Assembly: GCA_040388985.1 (NCBI GenBank)
Contig: JAZKAU010000001.1
Coordinates: 123,359 to 187,358, forward strand
DNA: 64,000 bases
Direction: 5' to 3'
DNA from: Patescibacteria group bacterium
Lineage (GTDB): Bacteria > Patescibacteriota > Minisyncoccia > Phycocordibacterales > Phycocordibacteraceae
In this document: in pieces, positions 57,236-64,000 of the stretch
Layout: each line of letters starts with the position of its first letter
Numbering within the stretch: position 1 is the stretch's first letter
Notes under the pieces: model-generated
What the model saw: the letters and a program-made list of their open reading frames with translations, nothing else
The model's database searches: none
What the model was told of the DNA's origin: nothing
Program-made: the position numbers and the translations under genes

Positions 57236-58445
57236 CATCCTCCACGAGACGTATACGGCGCTTGCGAGCAATAAGGTCCGTACCGGGCTCACCATGCTCG
57301 GCATCGTCATAGGCATCGCCTCGGTCATCGCCATGGTCTCGATAGGGCAGGGTGCGCAGAGCAGTATAGAGAACAGCATCCAGTCCCTCGGTTCCAACCT
57401 CATCATGGTCTCGCCGGGTACCCAAGGCGGGCCCGGCGTACAGGTGTCTGGTGGCCGTGGTACGGCGCGCACGCTCACGAAGGCGGACGCGGACGCCGTC
57501 GGCAGCAGCATACAATCGGTGAATGCCGTCTCGCCTGAACTCACCGGACGCTATCAGGTGACTGCTAAGGGCACCAATACGAATACCTCGGTGGTAGGTG
57601 TCTCGTCCGCATATCCGCTCGTGCGCAACCTTGAAGTGGGTGAAGGTTCGTTTATAAGCGACCAGAACCTGAAGAGCGTATCGAGAGTCGCCGTACTGGG
57701 ACCCACCGCCCGCGACGATCTCTTCGGAGCGGGTACAGATGCCATCGGACAGACCATCCGTATCAAAGGCGAGCAGTTCAAAGTGGTGGGCATCACGGTG
57801 GCCAAAGGCGGTTCAGGCTTCACGAGCCAGGATGACATGATCTTCGTGCCGCTTACGAGCGCGCAGAAGCTGCTCGCAGGCAGCGACTATGTGACTTCGA
57901 TAAGCGTACAGGCGGCAAGCGCGGACGTGATGACCCAGGTACAGACGGACATCACGGCACTACTGCTTGAGCGACATAAGATAAGTGATCCTACGGCCGC
58001 CGACTTCAGCATCCTGAATCAGAACGATATCGTCGCCGCTGCAAGCAGCGTGACCGGGACATTCACCATCCTGCTTGCGGCCGTGGCAGGCATATCGCTG
58101 CTGGTAGGCGGCATCGGCATCATGAATATGATGCTCACGACTGTTACTGAGCGCACCCGCGAGATAGGACTGCGTAAGGCCATCGGCGCCAAGCGCGCCG
58201 ATATCAGCCGGCAGTTCTTGATCGAAGCGGTGATGCTCACCCTTACCGGAGGACTCGCCGGCGTACTGCTGGGCATGCTCATATCGTTCGGGGTGAACTC
58301 GCTCGGCCTTATCAGCACGAGCGTGTCAGTCGAGTCTGTCCTGCTTGCCTTCGGAGTCTCGACGGCCATTGGCCTCGTCTTCGGATATTATCCCGCGAGC
58401 CGTGCAGCAAAGCTTAATCCAATAGATGCGCTCAGGTATGAGTAG
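57222..58445 (+). CDS. ABC transporter permease (MacB/FtsX family)
   Basis: LTMLGIVIG and GGIGIMNMML..V.ERTREIGLRKAIGA. Confidence 0.96.
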   Translation: MKITDILHETYTALASNKVRTGLTMLGIVIGIASVIAMVSIGQGAQSSIENSIQSLGSNLIMVSPGTQGGPGVQVSGGRGTARTLTKADADAVGSSIQSVNAVSPELTGRYQVTAKGTNTNTSVVGVSSAYPLVRNLEVGEGSFISDQNLKSVSRVAVLGPTARDDLFGAGTDAIGQTIRIKGEQFKVVGITVAKGGSGFTSQDDMIFVPLTSAQKLLAGSDYVTSISVQAASADVMTQVQTDITALLLERHKISDPTAADFSILNQNDIVAAASSVTGTFTILLAAVAGISLLVGGIGIMNMMLTTVTERTREIGLRKAIGAKRADISRQFLIEAVMLTLTGGLAGVLLGMLISFGVNSLGLISTSVSVESVLLAFGVSTAIGLVFGYYPASRAAKLNPIDALRYE

Positions 58446-58488
58446 CGCAGTGAGGTGCAAGAACTAATCATCAATACACACGAAATAT

Positions 58489-58992
58489 ATGAAATCCTAT
58501 ACTAACAAGCAGAAGATAATCGCGGGCTTCGTCCTTGCGCTTATCGTCGTCGCTGGAGTCTCGTTCGCAGGCGGCATGACCTACGCGAAGAATAGAACTC
58601 CTATGGGCATGCGCGCAGCCGGTGGCTTCGCCATGGCGGGCGGACAGGGAGGTACACGTACGGGCCAGGCATACGGCGCAGGCGCACGCGGACAGGGAGG
58701 TGCGCTTAGCGGCGGAGCCGCCATCGGAGAAGTCCTCGCCAAAGACGATAAGAGCATCACAGTGAAGCTCCCAAACGGCGGCTCGCGCATCGCCTTCTTC
58801 ACGGGCAATACTCCGGTTACCAAGAGTGCGCCGGGGAACATCAGCGATGTTACCGTCGGTCAGCAAGTACAGATAACAGGAGCACCGAACGCTGACGGCA
58901 GCATCTCGGCACAGGCCATCCGCGTAGGTGGCATGCCTCCTATGATGACTCCTTCTGGGACGAACGCGCCTACAGCGCCTCCCGCACGATAA
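58489..58992 (+). CDS. Membrane-anchored Gly-rich protein with an OB-like (DUF5666-like) domain
   Basis: TM helix, then GEV...D.SITVKL..G...G.SDV.VG..V.I.G..N.DGSI.A. Confidence 0.7.
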   Translation: MKSYTNKQKIIAGFVLALIVVAGVSFAGGMTYAKNRTPMGMRAAGGFAMAGGQGGTRTGQAYGAGARGQGGALSGGAAIGEVLAKDDKSITVKLPNGGSRIAFFTGNTPVTKSAPGNISDVTVGQQVQITGAPNADGSISAQAIRVGGMPPMMTPSGTNAPTAPPAR

Positions 58993-59033
58993 AATATCGC
59001 AACACATCTCATAGAGAAGTTGTGGCGGAAACC

Positions 59034-59075
59034 ATGGAGCAATCCGGCCTGCATATGCAGGCCGGATTGCTCCAT
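59034..59075 (+). terminator. Perfect palindromic terminator
   Basis: atggagcaatccggcctgcat-atgcaggccggattgctccat followed by ttt. Confidence 0.75.
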
Positions 59076-59134
59076 TTTGTAAAATCCAAAACATGTGATA
59101 TAATCAATACACATTCGATCTAACACTCCTCTAC

Positions 59135-59707
59135 ATGGCCGATTTCAAGAAAAACAAGTTCAGTAAGGATAGCCGCCCGCATGGCGCACATGGCGCAAGG
59201 GACTTCTCCCGTGGAGGCTCTAGCCGCCCGAGCTTCGGCGGTAGCGCGCCTAGGTACGGCGCGCGCGACAATGGTCCTACAGAATCCTTCAAGACCACCT
59301 GCAGCAAGTGTAGTAAGGCTTGTGAGGTGCCTTTCAAGCCTAACGGCAAGAAGCCAGTGTTCTGCCGGGATTGCTTCGTCCGTGACGACGCGCCACGTAC
59401 CAATGACTCTCGCTACGAGAAGCGCAGCTATGGGCCAGATCGTGCCCCTGAGCAGCGATCTTACGCCCCAGCCCCTACAGCAGCTCCTGACCCGCGCATA
59501 GCCGCTATACAGAAAGAGCTCTCAGTCGTACACACGAAGCTTGATACCCTCATAGAGAGCCTCCAGGGCACCGTGTACGCCTCTATCCTTGCGAAGTCCG
59601 CAGAAAGGGAAGAGAAGTCAACGAAAGCCGTTGTAGCGAAGCCAAAGGTTGCCAAGAAGAAGGTTGCGGCTCCAGCGAAAGCTAAGAAAGTCACGAAGAA
59701 GAAATAG
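59135..59707 (+). CDS. CxxC-x17-CxxC domain protein with a Lys-rich tail
   Basis: CSKCSKACEVPFKPNGKKPVFCRDCF. Confidence 0.88.
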   Translation: MADFKKNKFSKDSRPHGAHGARDFSRGGSSRPSFGGSAPRYGARDNGPTESFKTTCSKCSKACEVPFKPNGKKPVFCRDCFVRDDAPRTNDSRYEKRSYGPDRAPEQRSYAPAPTAAPDPRIAAIQKELSVVHTKLDTLIESLQGTVYASILAKSAEREEKSTKAVVAKPKVAKKKVAAPAKAKKVTKKK

Positions 59708-59805
59708 CGAGTCGCTCGAGCTTAAAATAAAAGCGCCGTTCCGCATAGGAGTGCTGCACTTGGCAATCCTGAACCGCTTTTATTTTAAGCTCTCGCTCCC
59801 GACGG
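59708..59805. repeat. Structured repeat family B, copy 2
   Basis: Near-identical to 40428-40527; outer stem gagcttaaaataaaagcg/cgcttttattttaagctc. Confidence 0.9.
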
Positions 59806-59873
59806 AAAAATGCAAAGATGCAATTCATTAACGAGGATTAGCTGCGACATTTCTGACGTTATACTAAAACCAT

Positions 59874-60494
59874 ATGAATAAAGTCCGACTCGAAGCTCTG
59901 AGCGATGGAATCTTTGCCATCGTCATGACGATCCTCATTTTCGATATAACCTTGCCGGCGCGCACGGGCGCGGTTTCCAATGCGGAGTTGTGGAGTCAGA
60001 TCCTGTACCTCTGGCCCTCCATTACGAGCTTCGCGCTCAGCTTCCTTGTCATTGCGGTCTTCTGGATAAACCATAATTTCCTCTTCCATACCTATACGAA
60101 GAAGATAGATCGCATGCTCAATCTCTTGAACTTGATCTATCTCCTCTTCCTCGTATTCGTACCGTTCTCAGCTCATCTTCTAGGAACATACCCGCGCAAC
60201 GAGCCGGCGACACTGCTATATGGGATCAATATCTTGATCATTATCGTGATCATGCGCGTCATGTTCATTCACGTACAGCGCTACGAGGAGCTTCATAATA
60301 AGGTGCCTACTCGCATAGCGAAGCAGGCGAGATTCCGCACATCGCTTACTATCGTCTCCTATCTGCTTGGAATCGCGACGTCATTCGTCTTCATTCCGGC
60401 AAGCATATTCTTCTATGTCTTTCCCATGCTCTTCAACGTCATTCCTGGTACTGTCGACCTTATGGAGCACATATTCAACTTCGAACTCACGTAG
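59874..60494 (+). CDS. TMEM175 (DUF1211) family potassium channel
   Basis: RLEALSDGIFAIVMTIL signature, SF...FW.NH, and six TM helices. Confidence 0.92.
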   Translation: MNKVRLEALSDGIFAIVMTILIFDITLPARTGAVSNAELWSQILYLWPSITSFALSFLVIAVFWINHNFLFHTYTKKIDRMLNLLNLIYLLFLVFVPFSAHLLGTYPRNEPATLLYGINILIIIVIMRVMFIHVQRYEELHNKVPTRIAKQARFRTSLTIVSYLLGIATSFVFIPASIFFYVFPMLFNVIPGTVDLMEHIFNFELT

Positions 60495-60559
60495 CGCGAG
60501 CGTCGGTTGAAGTATGGCATTCACCCAAGGATCATACCGGGTATGAGATACTTGCCTAT

Positions 60560-61252
60560 ATGAAGATACAAGATTCAGTGGTCATAGTAACGGGCGCTTC
60601 GATGGGCATTGGACGCGAAGTGGCGAAGCTCCTGGGGAGTCAGGGCGCGAACGTCATACTCGCAGCGCGCTCCAAGGAAAAGCTCAACGAGCTCTCTGTC
60701 GAGATTCCCGGATCGATAGTAGTCAAGACTGACATGACTCGCCGGGGCGATATCAAGGTGCTTATCGACAAGACAGTTGAGGCGTTCGGACGCGTCGACA
60801 TCCTCATAAACAACGCCGGGCAGGGAATGCGCGCGGCGGTCGAATCCATAGATCTAAGTGACTACCGATCCATCATCGACCTTAATATCTTCGGTCCGCT
60901 CATCGCCATGCAGGAAGTCATTCCCGTAATGCGCAAACAGGGAGGTGGCATGATCCTCAATATCAGCTCCATGGTCTCGAAGAACTACTTCCCCTATCTC
61001 GGCGCATATTCCTCGACCAAGTACGCCTTGAATGCCCTCTCGCTTACCGCGCGCCAGGAACTCGCCGCTGACAATATCGTCGTCTCGGTTTTCCATCCCA
61101 AGATGACCGCTACCGATTTCGGACAGAACGCACGCGGCGAGACCTACTCCTCAAGCGCCGGACGACCGGGCATGTCAGTCGATACCGCTGAAGACGTCGC
61201 CAAAGCCATTCTGGAGCAGATCGAGTCCGAAGACGCTGAGATGATGATGTAG
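60560..61252 (+). CDS. Short-chain dehydrogenase/reductase
   Basis: TGASMGIG, NNAG and YSSTK. Confidence 0.95.
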   Translation: MKIQDSVVIVTGASMGIGREVAKLLGSQGANVILAARSKEKLNELSVEIPGSIVVKTDMTRRGDIKVLIDKTVEAFGRVDILINNAGQGMRAAVESIDLSDYRSIIDLNIFGPLIAMQEVIPVMRKQGGGMILNISSMVSKNYFPYLGAYSSTKYALNALSLTARQELAADNIVVSVFHPKMTATDFGQNARGETYSSSAGRPGMSVDTAEDVAKAILEQIESEDAEMMM

Positions 61253-61582
61253 GATTCTCGGGTCTCAGCGGTTCGTTCGAGACCTTGAGCGCCCCCTACG
61301 TGCCGACGAATATGCTCGTACTTATCCGGTCCCGGGTGATTATCTCTCCGCAGTTCGTCTGAATGGCAGCTTCGCCGTGATGATTGATTATTCGGTACCC
61401 GGGATCACAATTTCTGTATCGATGCAGAAGCGCTGAGATGCCCTTCAAGAATCCTCCTTCATCGAAGGAGCGATACACGTACCTCGAACAGCTCTCCCGA
61501 TATAGGCAGACGATCCTCCTGTCTTCAGGGACGAGGAGCCAATACACCCGTATGAGCGAGTTACAGAATCCCGAGAACATGC

Positions 61583-61804
61583 TTATTTCTCGAAGATTAC
61601 CAACTGGAAGTTAGCCGCTATCGGTTTTCCGCCGATTGCTGCGCAGCCCGTGGGTCGTACTGTGGTCGTCATGGACTGCAAGGATACGAATTTCCAGCCG
61701 TCTCCGGTCGTATTCTCTATTATTTCCTGCAATTCCTGCGCTGCCTGTGCGGCTCCACCCTTATCAGTAACGGTCGGATGAAATGGGACGACTTTGTATG
61801 CCAT
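61583..61804 (-). CDS. DUF4177-like small protein
   Basis: YKVV...LQEII......GWKFV...IFEK pattern. Confidence 0.7.
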   Translation of the reverse strand: MAYKVVPFHPTVTDKGGAAQAAQELQEIIENTTGDGWKFVSLQSMTTTVRPTGCAAIGGKPIAANFQLVIFEK

Positions 61805-62175
61805 GTACGTAAATAGTTATTTTCAATCGATCTGCACTCTCTATTCTAACTGATGAGTGGAACAGGGAAGTGGTACAGGAAGTTCCGTATGGAAAAAATT
61901 CATACACGCACCTTGAGCATACCTATCCCGCCTATACAGATGGCAAGTGTAGAGATGATGCCGAGCAGAAAGAGTAGGAAAGTGACGGATCCAACCGAGA
62001 CTAAATATGGCCCACTTTCTCAGTCCCATACAGATATCATTCGTAAAAGGTATAGAGTCAGAACCCCCTGAAATAACATCAGCCCTCAAGCCATCGTTTG
62101 AGTGGGGAAGGGGTTCGTACAATTAATCTCGTTATCCCCAGAAATTCATGAAGGGGAATTGGTATACTGCGTATG

Positions 62176-62307
62176 CGACCTGAAAGGGGAGCCGCAGGAG
62201 GACAAGTAGCCATTATTAACACTTCAAAAGAGCCTTAGTCGTGGGTGCTTGCCAGAACGGAACGGAGACGTTTCTTTCTCAAGCTCCTGCGATTGCGGCT
62301 CTTTTTT
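62176..62307 (+). ncRNA. Candidate structured leader/sRNA upstream of the tRNA-like gene
   Basis: tggTATACT at 62160-62168; gagccgcaggag (62189-62200) is complementary to 62284-62301, followed by T6. Confidence 0.4.
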
Positions 62308-62363
62308 GTTACATAACAGAAAACTCCCGCAAAGCGAGAGCCTTCTGTTGGAGTGCGATATAT

Positions 62364-62431
62364 GCCGCCGCTAGTGGAATAGGTCCGGGATTCGAATCCT
62401 GGAAGCGTGAGTTCAAATCTCACCGGCGGCA
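62364..62431 (+). tRNA. Atypical or pseudo tRNA (TCG in the anticodon loop, Arg-like) with a shortened D arm
   Basis: Acceptor gccgccg/cggcggc, T arm gtgag-ttcaaat-ctcac, arm ccggga-ttcgaa-tcctgg; only 14 nt in the D region; no CCA. Confidence 0.6.
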
Positions 62432-62537
62432 CAAATCACTACCTAAGGATATCATCCTCAGGATGACCACAGTACCAGGATGGGGATAAGGTTGCAAGCC
62501 TGTGTTAGTCTACTGAGACCCTTAGCAGGTACGCAAT

Positions 62538-62571
62538 ACAAGAAGCCCCGCCGAAAGGTGGGGCTTCTTGT
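62538..62571. terminator. Bidirectional terminator
   Basis: acaagaagccccgcc-gaaa-ggtggggcttcttgt. Confidence 0.8.
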
Positions 62572-62603
62572 TTCTCGGACTTCCAGCTAAATGAGTCTGA
62601 CAA

Positions 62604-63023
62604 CTAGTAGCTCTGTATCTTAAGAGCATTAATCTTCTGCTGTATCAGTCCTCCTTCATTCTGGATATTCTTCATCTGAGTCAGATATCCTGTGCACTCG
62701 GGAGACCCGTACTTATTCTGAAGACGTTCAGAACAGTTCCTATTCTTATAGGTAAGGAAGACAGCATCGTAATCCTTGTTGTTTTGGGCTAGAGCAGTCT
62801 GAGCTTTCTTCAACTGAGCACTCACATCACTGGTAGACGGGACTACCGTCACTGGAACTGGGGAAACTACTGGGGAGGAAGTGGCTGTACTGCTCTCAAG
62901 CGCAGCGACGCGATCTTCCAAAGCTGCGACTCTCTTTTCCAGAGAAGCATTACTGGCAGCAGCGAACGTAAACGACGGTATCACTAACAGAGCAGTGATT
63001 GCCGCAATAGCGGTCTTTTTCAT
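62604..63023 (-). CDS. Secreted coiled-coil orphan protein
   Basis: Signal peptide MKKTAIAAITALLVIPSFTFA, LEKRVAALEDRVAALE, and a Cys pair. Confidence 0.75.
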   Translation of the reverse strand: MKKTAIAAITALLVIPSFTFAAASNASLEKRVAALEDRVAALESSTATSSPVVSPVPVTVVPSTSDVSAQLKKAQTALAQNNKDYDAVFLTYKNRNCSERLQNKYGSPECTGYLTQMKNIQNEGGLIQQKINALKIQSY

Positions 63024-63027
63024 AAAG

Positions 63028-63143
63028 CGTAAGGTCTTTAAGGTTTGTAGGTGGGAAAATAACAAAACTCCGCCCTTGAGCGACAGGTAGACCTTACGAG
63101 TGAACCTGCCGTCAAGGACGGAGTATTGTTCGTAAGGTCTTTA
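63028..63143 (-). promoter_or_regulatory. 5' leader with duplicated 13-mer and complementary loop inside a long hairpin
   Basis: cgtaaggtcttta at 63028 and 63131, with its complement agaccttacg at 63089. Minus-strand tggTATAAT at 63160-63168. Confidence 0.65.
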
Positions 63144-63268
63144 GTTATAAGCCCGGCACATTATACCACTACTATCGATAGTAGGAAAGTGAAGAAAAGA
63201 TGAGGAATATATAAAATAAGTGTGGAAAATGTATCTACCCAGCTTCTCCTACCCGTATAGTTATAGAT

Positions 63269-63430
63269 ATGCCTGACATCAAGATGACCTACAAGGGAAG
63301 GGAAATAGAGCCAAAAGAAGCTTCTGAACGGTTCATGGAGTTTCTTCTTGTGGAAGGGGAGTTAGGTCCTATTGTTGACCAGTTTGGGGAGTATCTGAGG
63401 CTGTTCTTACTTAAGGAGACTAAGGATTAG
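63269..63430 (+). CDS. 53 aa orphan protein (not in the ORF track)
   Basis: MPDIKMTYKGREIEPKEASERFMEFLLVEGELGPIVDQFGEYLRLFLLKETKD; TATAGT 7 nt before the ATG. Confidence 0.5.
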   Translation: MPDIKMTYKGREIEPKEASERFMEFLLVEGELGPIVDQFGEYLRLFLLKETKD

Positions 63431-63464
63431 TTGCGTTCAGGTGGGAGGGGAATATAATGGTGGC

Positions 63465-63820
63465 AATTCCAGCTTCGGCTGGAAGGAATTAGCCCTCCGG
63501 CGTAAGCGATACATTTCTTATGGTAGTGATACTTATAGAAAAACTCGCGACGCCTTCCTCACGCTTTTAGGAATAGGTGAGTAGCTTACTCCAGAGGTGG
63601 AGTTTGAGACAATCCAAAGCCTTTTAGGCACTAGTTGAGGGTCGCAAACAACTTCGTTTGGGTATGGGGACATCAGCTGGTCGTATATGTAGACCTCTAG
63701 CCGTAAGGCCTTTTCAGTCTGAAAGCTAGACTCGAATTAACCTGATTTGATGCATGTCCCGTTGAGGAGTGGCCCTGTATCGCAAAAAGGCTCGTTGGAA
63801 AGCAACGAGCCTTTTTGTTT
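63465..63820 (+). ncRNA. Candidate large multi-stem ncRNA
   Basis: Promoter TTGCGT (63431)-16-TATAAT (63453), closing stem gcgataca/tgtatcgc, many internal hairpins, terminator at 63783-63820, and no credible ORF. Confidence 0.55.
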
Positions 63821-64000
63821 CTTCGGTAGAAGGAATTAGCCGGAGGATGTTCTCGCATCCTCCTACCAAGACTGTACGAAAAGCGATCCTGGTAGGAACT
63901 CACGAGACAGAATATAGCCCACTAACTTAATATGCTTAGAGCATACTTCGTAAAAGGTATATTGTCCGAAGTGTATCTCGTCCACCCCAGGAGCCTGAAT

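Noticed and set aside
61296-61580. 94 aa minus-strand ORF
   Set aside because: It has no motif and competes with overlapping frames, so I cannot support it as a gene.
62176-62431. tmRNA (one- or two-piece)
   Set aside because: The tRNA-like part lacks the Ala acceptor identity (GGG..TCCACCA with G3:U70), and no tag reading frame was evident.
1-64000. CRISPR array or cas operon
   Set aside because: No regularly spaced direct repeats were seen. The Cas4-like nuclease at 6474 has no cas1/cas2 neighbours.
1-64000. Genome-wide TGA recoding (code 25)
   Set aside because: Conserved genes such as mnmA and scpB end at TGA at the expected length, and no core gene has an internal TGA.

Overview
This 64 kb window looks like chromosome from a reduced-genome bacterium, most consistent with Patescibacteria/CPR (Parcubacteria-like). 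That assignment is inferred from a short AlaRS, an archaeal-type AspRS, a sigma70-r4/HTH fusion and typical CPR hypotheticals. The genetic code appears standard. The backbone is housekeeping: mnmA, mltG, ung, M3/M16/S8/M23 peptidases, five aminoacyl-tRNA synthetases, tRNA-Tyr, the infA-rpmJ-rpsM-rpsK-rpsD-rpoA-rplQ-rplM-rpsI cluster, grpE/dnaK/dnaJ, scpAB, mraY/ftsW/murG, an ECF sigma pair and a MacAB-type exporter. Four non-coding layers stand out. (1) A four-copy family of ~125 bp palindromic elements has a conserved GTAC-N6/7-GTACG core and covarying stems, and one copy is translated in frame in MnmA. (2) There is a second two-copy structured repeat plus several single long hairpin elements. 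(3) About ten self-contained single-gene cassettes (TTGACA promoter, Shine-Dalgarno, hairpin) encode small orphan secreted or membrane proteins, whereas most core genes look leaderless. (4) The more AT-rich right end (~62.1-64 kb) is dense in structured RNA candidates: a D-arm-shortened tRNA-like gene, a leader with a built-in antisense loop, and a ~350 nt multi-stem RNA. No CRISPR array, rRNA, transposase or integrase was seen. All calls are by eye; no database searches or folding programs were run.
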